This document shows positions 15,927 through 25,998 of a stretch of DNA of 64,000 nucleotides, in pieces. Below the pieces are notes generated by a model. It was not told the origin of the DNA. It made no database searches and saw only the letters and a program-made list of their open reading frames with translations. Every line of letters begins with the position of its first letter. The stretch's first letter is position 1. Made by a program: the position numbers and the translations under genes. Location of the stretch: the IMG/VR virus record IMGVR_UViG_3300025895_000123. One strand, written 5' to 3'. The DNA comes from a virus.

Positions 15927-16277
15927 TCACATTAATGGAAAATTAGTTGGTGGACCTTGAGGATACCATGATCTTAAAAAAGTAACGATAGTAATAACAA
16001 TCGTGATTACTCCCATAATAATACCCACAGACCAAAAGAATCTAGAAAAGTTAGCTAATATTTTGCCTTGTTGCGCTATAATCTTATCTAATTTACTAAT
16101 AGTATCTGACGGGGTTGATCCTACGACCTTTAACAACGCTGTAATTGCCACAGTTAGTTCTTTTATTGCTTCTGTATTCCCGTCATTAGAACTCTTAACT
16201 TGTGAGAAAAGAAGCTGTACTATTCCCTCAGATACTAACCCTTCTCCCTTATCTCTATCATTTCCCATACTATTCAA
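15927..16277 (-). CDS. Coiled-coil plus C-terminal TM protein (holin/XhlA-like architecture)
   Basis: Helical N-part and single TM FFWSVGIIMGVITIVITIVTFL. Confidence 0.5.
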   Translation of the reverse strand: MNSMGNDRDKGEGLVSEGIVQLLFSQVKSSNDGNTEAIKELTVAITALLKVVGSTPSDTISKLDKIIAQQGKILANFSRFFWSVGIIMGVITIVITIVTFLRSWYPQGPPTNFPLM

Positions 16278-16848
16278 CCCCTAATTTAATATTTTCAACT
16301 GCTCTTCGCAATTTCTCCCTATCTCTTCTTAATCTTTCATCTGATAAATCCTTATCCACTTTCATTTCCTGTGTAAATTTCCGAAAATTTTCAGCATTTT
16401 CTTCTAACTGACCTCTAACAAAATCTAAAGATCTTTGAAGTTCATCTCGTTCATTAAGAAGAATTCTTTTTTCAATTGCTCGAGCAGATGAACGAATTAT
16501 ACCTGGAATCTGTATTGGTTTTTCTAAATAATCATAAATTTCGAGAGATCCTGCCTGTTTAATACTTTCAATATTAGGTTTCGCAGTAATAATTATAATT
16601 TGTATATTAAAATCTTTTTGTTTAGCATATTTTGCTACAGTTATACCATCAAAAACCTCTCCTGGAGATAAATATATATCAGCAATAACTAAATCAATAT
16701 CATCTTTATCAATAGCTGTTATTGAGGTAGAGTAAGTCAAAGATGTAATAACTCTATAATTTTCTCGTTCCAATGTCATCCGAAATAATTCAATAACTTC
16801 CGGTTCATCATCCACTATTAATACTGTTGGTACTTTTTCACTATCCAT
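16270..16848 (-). CDS. Response regulator (receiver plus coiled coil)
   Basis: VLIVDDE, DLVIADIYL phospho-Asp, IITA, YLEKP. Confidence 0.9.
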   Translation of the reverse strand: MDSEKVPTVLIVDDEPEVIELFRMTLERENYRVITSLTYSTSITAIDKDDIDLVIADIYLSPGEVFDGITVAKYAKQKDFNIQIIIITAKPNIESIKQAGSLEIYDYLEKPIQIPGIIRSSARAIEKRILLNERDELQRSLDFVRGQLEENAENFRKFTQEMKVDKDLSDERLRRDREKLRRAVENIKLGVE

Positions 16849-17447
16849 TACTGATCCTCACCACGCCTTTGAATAGATTTTACTGCATCGATCAATTTTG
16901 ATCTAACAGATGTCATGTTCCGATTAATTTGTTTTTGATGATTAACTAATTTTCTCGCCATATCTAAATAGTCTTCATCATTAACTTTACAATCGTCAGA
17001 TAATGTTAATTGTGTAATAGCTTCTTCAAGTTTCTTTTGAGATTCTCTATTACTCTTCTCTAATTTTCTTTGTTCTGTGATTAATGTTTTTCTTTCAACA
17101 GCACGAGTGCAAATTTGTTGAAGTGTATCACGGCTAACTGGTTTAGTTAAATAATCAGCTGCTCCATATCTTAATGCTTTTTGACTAGATTCAATTGTTG
17201 GTTCTCCAGTCATCATAATTACCAAACAATCCGGTATAGCATCTTTAATAGCCTTTAATATCCTTAACCCACTAATTTTAGGCATTAATATATCTAAAAA
17301 CACTACATCATAATCATATTTTTGAATAAATATTCTTGCCTCTTCCCAATTTTCGGCAGTATCAACATCATGCCCTTGCTTTGAAAGCATCGATTTAAAA
17401 GAAAACCTTATAGATCTTTCATCATCAATAATTAAAACTTTTGCCAT
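16848..17447 (-). CDS. Response regulator (NtrC-like receiver plus coiled coil)
   Basis: VLIIDDE, DVVFLDILMPKISG, MMTG, YLTKP. Confidence 0.92.
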   Translation of the reverse strand: MAKVLIIDDERSIRFSFKSMLSKQGHDVDTAENWEEARIFIQKYDYDVVFLDILMPKISGLRILKAIKDAIPDCLVIMMTGEPTIESSQKALRYGAADYLTKPVSRDTLQQICTRAVERKTLITEQRKLEKSNRESQKKLEEAITQLTLSDDCKVNDEDYLDMARKLVNHQKQINRNMTSVRSKLIDAVKSIQRRGEDQ

Positions 17448-17467
17448 ATTTGTTAACTCCTTAAAGA

Positions 17468-19279
17468 TTATTTAACCTTTGGAAGATCAATAGTGAATTT
17501 AGTCCATTTATCTTCTTTACTTTCAACACGTATGTTCCCACCATGATCTTTTATAATACCATAACTTATAGAAAGACCTAAACCCGTACCAAAATCTGGT
17601 CTTTTAGTTGTGAAAAAAGGTTCAAATATTCTCTGTCTAGCTTTTTTAGGTATACCAGGGCCATGATCCTTAAAGGTTAATCTTAAATACTCATGATGAT
17701 TACGAACTTTAACTTCAATAATTTTATCAATTTCTTCAATATTAGGATATTTCTCATTTAAAGCATAAATAGAATTACTCATTAAATTAACGACAACCTG
17801 TTGTATCTGTGAATTACTACATAAAACCATTGGTAAATAGTCTTCAATTTGTACATCAATAGTAACTCCATGTTTTTTCAAATTTGCTTTAAAAAGACTT
17901 ATTGAATCTGTTATGACCTCTTTAATGTCATTTGCGCTTTTCTCAACTTCATCTCTTCTAGCGAATGCGAGCAAATTTTTAACAATTTTAGCAATCCTAT
18001 TTCCTTCTCTAACAATTTCATTAGAATAACCATATTCCTCTGAACTTGACATTAACATATCTTTAAGTAACTCTCCATAAGTAATAATACCAGTGATGGG
18101 ATTATTAATTTCATGGGCAATTCCAGCCGCCATTTCTCCAAGAGAAGAAAGTCTTTGACTTTCGGCAAGTTGTTCTTGAATCTTATGACGTTCTGTGATG
18201 TCCCGTAACATTCCACGAAATCCTATTGGAGTATTATCTTTTGATCTTTTAATAAAAATATTAGATTCAATATGTCTTACTCCATCTTGTTCCTTAAATC
18301 TCCAATGCATCTTTTTGAAATCTTCATTAGACTTATGTATTCTAATGAATACTTGTTTTAATGACTGTGCAGTTTTTTCGAGGAAAAAATCACTGAAATG
18401 TTTTCCCAAAATTTTATTAGTCTTAAAATGAAATATAGTTAAAGCTGCAGCATTCACAAAAGTGAATCGTCCTTTTAAATCAATTTCATAATATCCTTCA
18501 TCTATGTTTTCAATAATAGTTCTATATTTATCTTCACTTTCTCTTAATTGCTCCATTACATCTTTATACTTTGTTACATCTGTGAAAGAATAAATACATC
18601 CTTTTTCTGGACGAAATCGATCAAGCATTTTTCCCATTAAAATACAAGATACACGAAAGCCATCTTTATGCAGAAAATCATGTTCTAAAACAACTTGACC
18701 ATTTCTAACGAATTGACTTTCTACTCTATTACTAATTTTAACAAATTCTTCTTGATCTTTATAAAGAAATTCAGATTTGTATCCTATTATCTCATTAGGT
18801 TTATATCCAAGAATCTTAGTCATTGCCTCATTACTCAAACGATTTTTTTTATCTTGGATATAACAAATACCATGACTCGTTGTATTGAGAACTGTAGATA
18901 GTAATTCTTTCGTATCTTCTTTTTCCTCAAATTGTTTCTGTAATTGTTTCTGTGATTTACTTTCTTTTAAACCAAATTCTATAATAAATATACCTAACAT
19001 TAAAAATAATACAGCAAATAGGAATCCGGCAAAGTCTTGAATATATTGTTCTAAATCGCCAATACCTAATTTATTAAAAACACCAAAATGATAACTAATT
19101 TCAACAAAAGCACCAAATACTATAAGGGATACACCAATAATAATATTTCTAACCTTTTGTATTCTTAGGTTTCGAAAAATTTTTAATAAATATAGCACAA
19201 TGATGAGCATGAATAAATAATTGGTACATTCTAGAATTACTTTTGTCATCATTATTGTCCTATCACTGAGATTTATCAC
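17468..19279 (-). CDS. Membrane PAS-PAS sensor histidine kinase
   Basis: N-terminal TMs, two PAS-like domains, H-box AHEINNP, N-box NLMSNS, DHGPGI, FEPFFTTK, GTGLGLSISYGII. Confidence 0.95.
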   Translation of the reverse strand: MINLSDRTIMMTKVILECTNYLFMLIIVLYLLKIFRNLRIQKVRNIIIGVSLIVFGAFVEISYHFGVFNKLGIGDLEQYIQDFAGFLFAVLFLMLGIFIIEFGLKESKSQKQLQKQFEEKEDTKELLSTVLNTTSHGICYIQDKKNRLSNEAMTKILGYKPNEIIGYKSEFLYKDQEEFVKISNRVESQFVRNGQVVLEHDFLHKDGFRVSCILMGKMLDRFRPEKGCIYSFTDVTKYKDVMEQLRESEDKYRTIIENIDEGYYEIDLKGRFTFVNAAALTIFHFKTNKILGKHFSDFFLEKTAQSLKQVFIRIHKSNEDFKKMHWRFKEQDGVRHIESNIFIKRSKDNTPIGFRGMLRDITERHKIQEQLAESQRLSSLGEMAAGIAHEINNPITGIITYGELLKDMLMSSSEEYGYSNEIVREGNRIAKIVKNLLAFARRDEVEKSANDIKEVITDSISLFKANLKKHGVTIDVQIEDYLPMVLCSNSQIQQVVVNLMSNSIYALNEKYPNIEEIDKIIEVKVRNHHEYLRLTFKDHGPGIPKKARQRIFEPFFTTKRPDFGTGLGLSISYGIIKDHGGNIRVESKEDKWTKFTIDLPKVK

Positions 19280-19955
19280 TCTTTAAAACACCAGCTAACT
19301 CAAATATATTTCCTAGATTAACTCGACCTGGTGGTGTATTCAATTCACTACTTTCAATAGTCTTCATGAAATCAAAATCATATGCATTTATAACAATCTT
19401 AGTCTGAGTTAAAACTAAGATTGTTTCGAGTTTCACATTAATAGATTGATCTATAGAATTCATTTCACCAACAAAAACATTGGTGAGAAAATCTACTTTT
19501 AATGAAGGTTTTTTCTTAAATTTTTGAACTACTCGAAGTAAAAATCCTTTTTTATTTTTTAGATCAAGAATGCTCTTTTTATTTGCAGCAATTTGTTTTG
19601 TACAATAATCATTAATTTCATCTATTATATTAATAGTGAATATTTCTTCTCCTCTCAATAAATAATTATTTAAAAGAGCACGAAGAGTTGATTGAACTGA
19701 AGACCTAATTTTACCTTCTGGAGGATCAATATATCCAGTGTCATCATAAAGTCTGCGTTTTTCTGGATGCTTTAAAAGATTATATGCTTCATCAATACTA
19801 TCATATCTTTTTTTAGCCTCATCTTGTACATCTTTACTTTTAGTAGCAACTTTATCAGGGTGCCACTTCTGAATTAATTCTCTATATATTCCTCTTAGAT
19901 CTTCCTGTTTAACATCACTACTAACACCTAATACATCATACGGTGTTTTTTCCAT
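19263..19955 (-). CDS. J-domain (DnaJ-type) co-chaperone
   Basis: PYDVLGV..WHPDK..AYNLLKHPEKRRLYD. Confidence 0.9.
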   Translation of the reverse strand: MEKTPYDVLGVSSDVKQEDLRGIYRELIQKWHPDKVATKSKDVQDEAKKRYDSIDEAYNLLKHPEKRRLYDDTGYIDPPEGKIRSSVQSTLRALLNNYLLRGEEIFTINIIDEINDYCTKQIAANKKSILDLKNKKGFLLRVVQKFKKKPSLKVDFLTNVFVGEMNSIDQSINVKLETILVLTQTKIVINAYDFDFMKTIESSELNTPPGRVNLGNIFELAGVLKSDKSQ

Positions 19956-19977
19956 TCAGGATTTTCCTTTTTAATAA

Positions 19978-21099
19978 TCACTCTCTAATAGTGTCCAGAG
20001 TTATACAATGAAACCCACCTGCGAATAACCTCTTATGACGTAATCTAACTGGGATAGGAGTAAACCCTTTTTTCTCTAATAATCTGATCAAAGGTGTATA
20101 TTCTTTGTTAACAATAATTTTGTTCCCATCTATTGATAGAACATTAATATCAATATATTTGCTAGCCAAAATTAAGTCATCACTATCATAAGAAGTAATC
20201 TCAATTGGTTCTGGGGCATCTATAATATCCCAATTATGCAAAAAATGAGGAAGCACATCTATATCTTTAACTGTTTTTCGATTTACTAACAACGTACCTT
20301 CTTTAAGCGGCATAATTGCACTATCAATATGATTATCACATAACCAACAAACATGTATGTTGAAATCTCTACCTAAACATTGTTCTAACCATTTTATTCC
20401 AAGTAAATGGTTGGTATTTGAAACATTAACAACAATATCTTTATTAAATCGAAGACACTGAGCTGCATCTAAAAATATTTCATAACCTATGTCATAGTAT
20501 GTTTTCTCTTTTGGATATCGTGATAAATCTATATCCTTTTTAGACTTGATATAACTTAAATCGAATGAATCATCCAATAACATAGGTCTCGGTGCACAAA
20601 TCCACTTAGCACCATTCTTAAAATACTCCATAAACAATGGTTTTAGAAGATCATTCTCAAAATATCTAGTTCTTACTTGAACTGCTGTTTCAATAATCTG
20701 ATTATCTATTATTAATACTTGGTCTCTAACATTAAGAGCAGGAACAGTTAATGCTTTCCAATGAGGGGTTTTAAAATTTTGAATTTGATCCATAACTACT
20801 GGTCTTTTGACTTTAATATCTTCTTTTTCTAATATTTTTACAAAATTTTCAATGTCTTCTTCATGTTCCTCAATATGTGATTTTTTAATACTTTTTGAAT
20901 AAGAGTTATCACTAAAATAAATATCCCCACCATATAAATCATTATAAATATTATCGTGAAAGAATATCTTAAATGATAAATCTAAATTTGGAAGATTTGC
21001 ATTGATTGAATTTCCCACTATAACTTCTCGAAGTGGACTCCATTCGTTAACACTATGAATCATAATATTAGAGACCTTTTCTAATTTAGATATTTTCAA
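19978..21099 (-). CDS. Amidinotransferase (glycine/inosamine-phosphate amidinotransferase family)
   Basis: NEWSPLREVIVG, NVRD, HIDS, INVLSID, GGFHCITLD with catalytic Cys. Confidence 0.88.
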   Translation of the reverse strand: MKISKLEKVSNIMIHSVNEWSPLREVIVGNSINANLPNLDLSFKIFFHDNIYNDLYGGDIYFSDNSYSKSIKKSHIEEHEEDIENFVKILEKEDIKVKRPVVMDQIQNFKTPHWKALTVPALNVRDQVLIIDNQIIETAVQVRTRYFENDLLKPLFMEYFKNGAKWICAPRPMLLDDSFDLSYIKSKKDIDLSRYPKEKTYYDIGYEIFLDAAQCLRFNKDIVVNVSNTNHLLGIKWLEQCLGRDFNIHVCWLCDNHIDSAIMPLKEGTLLVNRKTVKDIDVLPHFLHNWDIIDAPEPIEITSYDSDDLILASKYIDINVLSIDGNKIIVNKEYTPLIRLLEKKGFTPIPVRLRHKRLFAGGFHCITLDTIRE

Positions 21100-21343
21100 G
21101 TTTAAACTTCTCTAGTTCTTCAGAAAAATCATCAGGTAATCCAGCATCTCTAGCTAATGCCCTAGTCGTATTACGAAGTTCCTGATATACTTTATCGCCA
21201 GTATGCCAATATTGAGACATACTTACTTCATTAGTCTCACGGTGTTTTATGTAATGTTCATGCGCAGCATATCCCATTAATAAAGCGACTCTTTTTAAAT
21301 CTACTTTGAAATCTAATACTGGATCTGGATCTGGACTTGCCAT
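21086..21343 (-). CDS. Hypothetical protein
   Basis: AGGAGG RBS; 85 aa. Confidence 0.6.
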   Translation of the reverse strand: MASPDPDPVLDFKVDLKRVALLMGYAAHEHYIKHRETNEVSMSQYWHTGDKVYQELRNTTRALARDAGLPDDFSEELEKFKLENI

Positions 21344-21373
21344 TTTGAAATCCTCCTAAAATAAATATTAATA

Positions 21374-22174
21374 TTATGTAGTTCTAATTTTCCTAAAAAC
21401 TTTGAAAATATAAGGATCAATGTTTAAATTAGAGGGTTTAATCTCTAATAAATTAAAAAATCGAGAAAAGAAAAGATTAGAAGATGTTTCTGAAAAGACA
21501 TTAACATGCCAAAGAGGAGAGTCATTTATATTAAAAAACTTAGCATTATGATCAATGAACCATATAATTCCACCTAATTGTAAATAAGTAAATAATTTTT
21601 TTACAAATTCTTCTAAATTATTATGTATATGAGACAAAACATGACTAACTCTTATTATTCTAAACTTTCTATCTATACTCTTAAAACTATTATAACAATT
21701 TATATTATGTTTTCTTAAATAATGATTACTTTTCTCACATAAATCAAATCCTGAAACATCTAAATTTAAACTTTTAACTAAAAAACAAAATTCTCCAAAA
21801 GCAGAACCTACATCAAGTAAAGATTCTAATTCAATTAGATCTTTTATGATCTTTAATTCTTTTAACATTATTTCTAAATTTAAAAAACGATCTTGAAATA
21901 AATTTATTGTCTCATTTTGATTAGAAGCATACATAGCAGTGTGATATTCTATTTCTTCAGACTTATCAAATACTAATCTTTCGTAAATATGATCACAGTT
22001 TAAACATTGATTTCTTTCAAAAAAATATTTTACAATGTTTACCTTTTTAAACAAATCATTATCTTTTGTAAAAGGTTTAAAATTATATTTATTTTGATCA
22101 ATATGATGTCTATTAAAACTAATAATTTTTGATTCTATTGAATAACAAATAGGGCAATTACTTAAAATTCTCAT
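21374..22174 (-). CDS. Class I SAM-dependent methyltransferase with N-terminal Zn site
   Basis: CPIC..CLNC; LLDVGSAFGEF motif I. Confidence 0.8.
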   Translation of the reverse strand: MRILSNCPICYSIESKIISFNRHHIDQNKYNFKPFTKDNDLFKKVNIVKYFFERNQCLNCDHIYERLVFDKSEEIEYHTAMYASNQNETINLFQDRFLNLEIMLKELKIIKDLIELESLLDVGSAFGEFCFLVKSLNLDVSGFDLCEKSNHYLRKHNINCYNSFKSIDRKFRIIRVSHVLSHIHNNLEEFVKKLFTYLQLGGIIWFIDHNAKFFNINDSPLWHVNVFSETSSNLFFSRFFNLLEIKPSNLNIDPYIFKVFRKIRTT

Positions 22175-23180
22175 GTTTAATATTTATCCTAAAAGTACAT
22201 CGATCATAAAAATCATTATAAACAACTGTTTCACTCTTTTTTATTCTAAAATAATCTCTTTCTACACCAGGGGAATGTGGAGCATCTTTATTATAATCAA
22301 GCATCAAAAGCGTCCAAGGAATAATGGAGCTAGTTTGTTTAATATCTAATATCTCGTTATATCGAACTGCGTGATATTCAATAATAGGAATAGTATAATT
22401 AAAGCAATTCTCCATCATGTAAGAAATACACATCGTAGTTGATGCTTTTCTAGGATTAATTTCTGTGAAAAAAACATTACCATTAGATATCATTAAATCA
22501 ATATGGCCCAATCCCCTATAACCATCTCTAGATAAAACAATTGCTACATCACCTGCTACTTTTAATACCTTTGATCGAATAGATTGTGATATAATTGACG
22601 GATACTCCCCACCTTTAAAAACAACATTGTTTGATATAAATTGGTCAACAATAGGAGATAACCAGATTTTATTAGACCCAGATATAACAAAATGTAAACT
22701 AACATTATGAACATTCGGCAGGAAATTAGAAACTCTAATTGATGATTTTAAGGGGAATGAAGTAAATATTTTTGTTACACTGGTAAATTGATCGCAAACT
22801 AAACAATTCTTACCACCATAACCAAATTCTTCAAATATTATAAATCTTTCCCACTTCTTTTTAATCCTATCCAAATCAGAAATTAATCGAAGTACATTTT
22901 TAAATACTTCAAAAGAAGGAGTATTAACTATATCTTGAAGTTGATTATATTGATAAATTTTACTATTCCATTTATTAGCAATATAATATTCTGGACCTAT
23001 TAAACAACAGTCATTACAAGGTTTCATAAAAACTTCATAATATACTGCATCTTTCTCTGTTGCTAAATGACATATTTCTGATTCTGATAAAACGTTTAAT
23101 TTTTCCCCTAAATATTCGGCAAGTATATGACCTAAAGGTCTGTATCGTTTTAAATCGGTCTTTAAATAATAAAGACTCAC
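22158..23180 (-). CDS. ATP-grasp-like ligase
   Basis: C-terminal GLGHIDLMISNGNVFFTEINPR. Confidence 0.65.
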   Translation of the reverse strand: MSLYYLKTDLKRYRPLGHILAEYLGEKLNVLSESEICHLATEKDAVYYEVFMKPCNDCCLIGPEYYIANKWNSKIYQYNQLQDIVNTPSFEVFKNVLRLISDLDRIKKKWERFIIFEEFGYGGKNCLVCDQFTSVTKIFTSFPLKSSIRVSNFLPNVHNVSLHFVISGSNKIWLSPIVDQFISNNVVFKGGEYPSIISQSIRSKVLKVAGDVAIVLSRDGYRGLGHIDLMISNGNVFFTEINPRKASTTMCISYMMENCFNYTIPIIEYHAVRYNEILDIKQTSSIIPWTLLMLDYNKDAPHSPGVERDYFRIKKSETVVYNDFYDRCTFRINIKHENFK

Positions 23181-24556
23181 AATTTCTCCGAATGATAAGT
23201 TTTTTGTCTAAAATCTTCAATTGTGAAATCTACTACTGAACTAATCTCAAAAGTCCTGGTGCTAATTAATTGAACATGTGTTTGATCCCAAAAAATTAGA
23301 AATTCACCATCATCAGAGGCTTCTACAGTTGAATATCTTAAAGGGTGATAATGATCTGTCATATCCATTTCATTCAAATATGTTTTAATATCTGGACATT
23401 TTGATAATACATCCCTTTCTCCTAAATCAATATAACTAACCTTCTTCATAGACAATCCATCAACTAAAAATAATCTATTAGGATGACCTATCGTTACAAA
23501 ATAAGGATGTCCATCTCTTTTGAAAACTTTATGTGCAGTATATCTATAACCAGTAGGTTCTTGAAATCTATCGACAGAGACTATATTGCGATCTTCTATT
23601 CGATATAAATCAATAGCTGCTGGACCCAAATATACCATCTTACCTTTCAAAAAAAGAAAATTATGAGATGATACATATATTAAATCATCTAAAAATTCAA
23701 TATGAGAAGGAACAAACCCTGCTTTTAAAAATTCAAAATTAATCGATTTTTGCATATCAATTAATAAAACCTCTCCATGCAAAGGAGATATTTTAAATCT
23801 ATTAATTTCAAGAGCTTTATAAGAAGGTATATTTTTAGCTACTATTGATTCAGGATAATTACTATCATATATCAATTTTTCTAATTCAATATAATCATTT
23901 ACTATTTGACCATTCGGCATTTTAACTCTTTGATCAAAAAATTCTGTCGCAAAGATAAAATCATCATATGACCTAACATCATGTGGTGGGTATTTATGAG
24001 TTTCAATCTCTATAATCTTAACCTTTTCTTGTAAATCAAAAGAGCATGAATATATCTCATAGTAATTTGTATTTTGTTTACCTACTCCTATCAAAAAATG
24101 ATCATTTCTAGTACAATCTAAACCACTTGTTTCACTAACATAACTATATTTACCGTCAAATACTTCGCTAGCAGAAAATACATAACACATCAATTTTTCT
24201 AAATCAAAATAACGAAATGTATCATGTGGCAAATTAGGTTGAAGAAACAAGAAATTAAAAAATCCATTTCCCGCACCAAGTGATGAGTGTGAAGGATAGT
24301 TGGGAATATCCAATTTCTCTAAAATAGAAATATTTTCATCAGACAACAATTTATAATAGATCAATTTCTCTTTTCTAAAATCTATCTTTACAAAAGTCGA
24401 AAGAAACGGGTAATCATCATTGCTTAAATGAAATAATATAGGTCTAGAGAATTTATTTCTTACCGATTCACTTAATTTAAAAGATTTCTCAAATCTCTCT
24501 ATTTTTAACAAAGCTTTCACTTTACTATGAAATATCATTAATTTAACTCCAACCAA
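23177..24556 (-). CDS. Hypothetical protein, possibly beta-propeller
   Basis: 459 aa; repeated short beta-strand pattern. Confidence 0.5.
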   Translation of the reverse strand: MVGVKLMIFHSKVKALLKIERFEKSFKLSESVRNKFSRPILFHLSNDDYPFLSTFVKIDFRKEKLIYYKLLSDENISILEKLDIPNYPSHSSLGAGNGFFNFLFLQPNLPHDTFRYFDLEKLMCYVFSASEVFDGKYSYVSETSGLDCTRNDHFLIGVGKQNTNYYEIYSCSFDLQEKVKIIEIETHKYPPHDVRSYDDFIFATEFFDQRVKMPNGQIVNDYIELEKLIYDSNYPESIVAKNIPSYKALEINRFKISPLHGEVLLIDMQKSINFEFLKAGFVPSHIEFLDDLIYVSSHNFLFLKGKMVYLGPAAIDLYRIEDRNIVSVDRFQEPTGYRYTAHKVFKRDGHPYFVTIGHPNRLFLVDGLSMKKVSYIDLGERDVLSKCPDIKTYLNEMDMTDHYHPLRYSTVEASDDGEFLIFWDQTHVQLISTRTFEISSVVDFTIEDFRQKTYHSEKL

Positions 24557-25770
24557 AGCTCTAAGTTTAACAGCATCCAGACTTTTTTAAGTACTATAAA
24601 ATCAAATTGATCATCAAATTGTTTTACTATTGAACATACTAACTTAAAATCTAAAAACTCATAAATCTTAGATTTTGGATCTTTTAAATATTTATATAAA
24701 AGATCACTTATTTCATCTTTTCTTTGTTCATAAAAAATCGAACTCAACACTAACCCCTCTTTAGGCCTTTCAACAGTGAAATTAGGAACTAAAGAACCTA
24801 ATGATTCATACATTACATATTTTATTTGCCCTAAACAATTTCGCATTTCAACAGGAAGAGACAAACTGAAGTCAATAAATCTCTTATCTAAAAATGGAGA
24901 TATCCACTCTAAATTAAAATGATTAGCATACTCTAATCGTCTATCAAAATAAAATTCTGAACCAAACCAACTAAACATAAAATTTACAAAATCAAATATA
25001 TGAATATCTTTAATCCCACAATTTTCTACACCTAACCTATATGCTTCGTCAAAAGTAAATCCGGTGGACCACCAGTTCATTGATTCCAGATAAGTTGAAG
25101 TATCCTTAATTTTAGATAATTTTATTAACTCATTAAAATCAACTGATATCTTAAAATCTTTTAACACTTTACCAACTTTACGATATCCTAAAGCCTTAGA
25201 TACATCATATTCACCTTTACTAATTCCCTTACAAATGACAGGACGATACATTCCTATGTATCCTAAATACATTAATTCTATTCCTTCACCACCAGATATA
25301 ATATCTGTATATTCCTTAATTCTTTTTACAAAAAGATATAATCCTAAATCATTTGTATATCCTCTAGGTGCACTGTGTATCTTATTCATTTCAATTAAAG
25401 AAGATTCTAAATCAACATTTTCTGTTAATTCTTCTTCACTTATGAATATATGATTTGTTTTAAAATGTTTCACTGTTTCATAGGAATATCGATAATCGCT
25501 CATTTCCATTCTACATGTACAAAAAGTTGAGATATTTTTGAAATAACTAATTATTACACTAGAATCAAATCCTCCGCTGCATTGAAAGATTGTATTTTGC
25601 GGCGAAGTAATATTTTCTAATACTACTTGATTAACTATATTTAATAATTGATCTTTTGCATCAGAAAAAGATATATTTGATTCTTTAATTTTAGGTACGT
25701 CTGGAAATTTTTTAGAGCAACCATACATCAAATATCGAGAGATATAATCTTTCATATCTAAGGATTCCAA
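24538..25770 (-). CDS. Asparagine synthase-like N-type ATP pyrophosphatase (no glutaminase domain)
   Basis: SGGFDSS PP-loop, SGGEGIE, SPFLD. Confidence 0.8.
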   Translation of the reverse strand: MESLDMKDYISRYLMYGCSKKFPDVPKIKESNISFSDAKDQLLNIVNQVVLENITSPQNTIFQCSGGFDSSVIISYFKNISTFCTCRMEMSDYRYSYETVKHFKTNHIFISEEELTENVDLESSLIEMNKIHSAPRGYTNDLGLYLFVKRIKEYTDIISGGEGIELMYLGYIGMYRPVICKGISKGEYDVSKALGYRKVGKVLKDFKISVDFNELIKLSKIKDTSTYLESMNWWSTGFTFDEAYRLGVENCGIKDIHIFDFVNFMFSWFGSEFYFDRRLEYANHFNLEWISPFLDKRFIDFSLSLPVEMRNCLGQIKYVMYESLGSLVPNFTVERPKEGLVLSSIFYEQRKDEISDLLYKYLKDPKSKIYEFLDFKLVCSIVKQFDDQFDFIVLKKVWMLLNLELWLELN

Positions 25771-25997
25771 TTTAGACTATCCATTATTTCAAGAAATTTA
25801 AAATGGTTTAAAAACATTTCATCTATATTAACAACTTCTGTTACTTCTCCTTCTAATTCACGAATTCTTATCATCATTGACTGAAAAATTTCATCTCTAT
25901 CATAAAAAAGCGATCTCGATTCATTATCAAGCTTTAATTTGATATATCTTTCAGCTGCACAACGAATGGTTAAAATTAATTCACACATTGTATCCAT
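25758..25997 (-). CDS. Hypothetical protein
   Basis: 79 aa, coupled in operon. Confidence 0.5.
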   Translation of the reverse strand: MDTMCELILTIRCAAERYIKLKLDNESRSLFYDRDEIFQSMMIRIRELEGEVTEVVNIDEMFLNHFKFLEIMDSLNWNP

Positions 25998-25998
25998 T

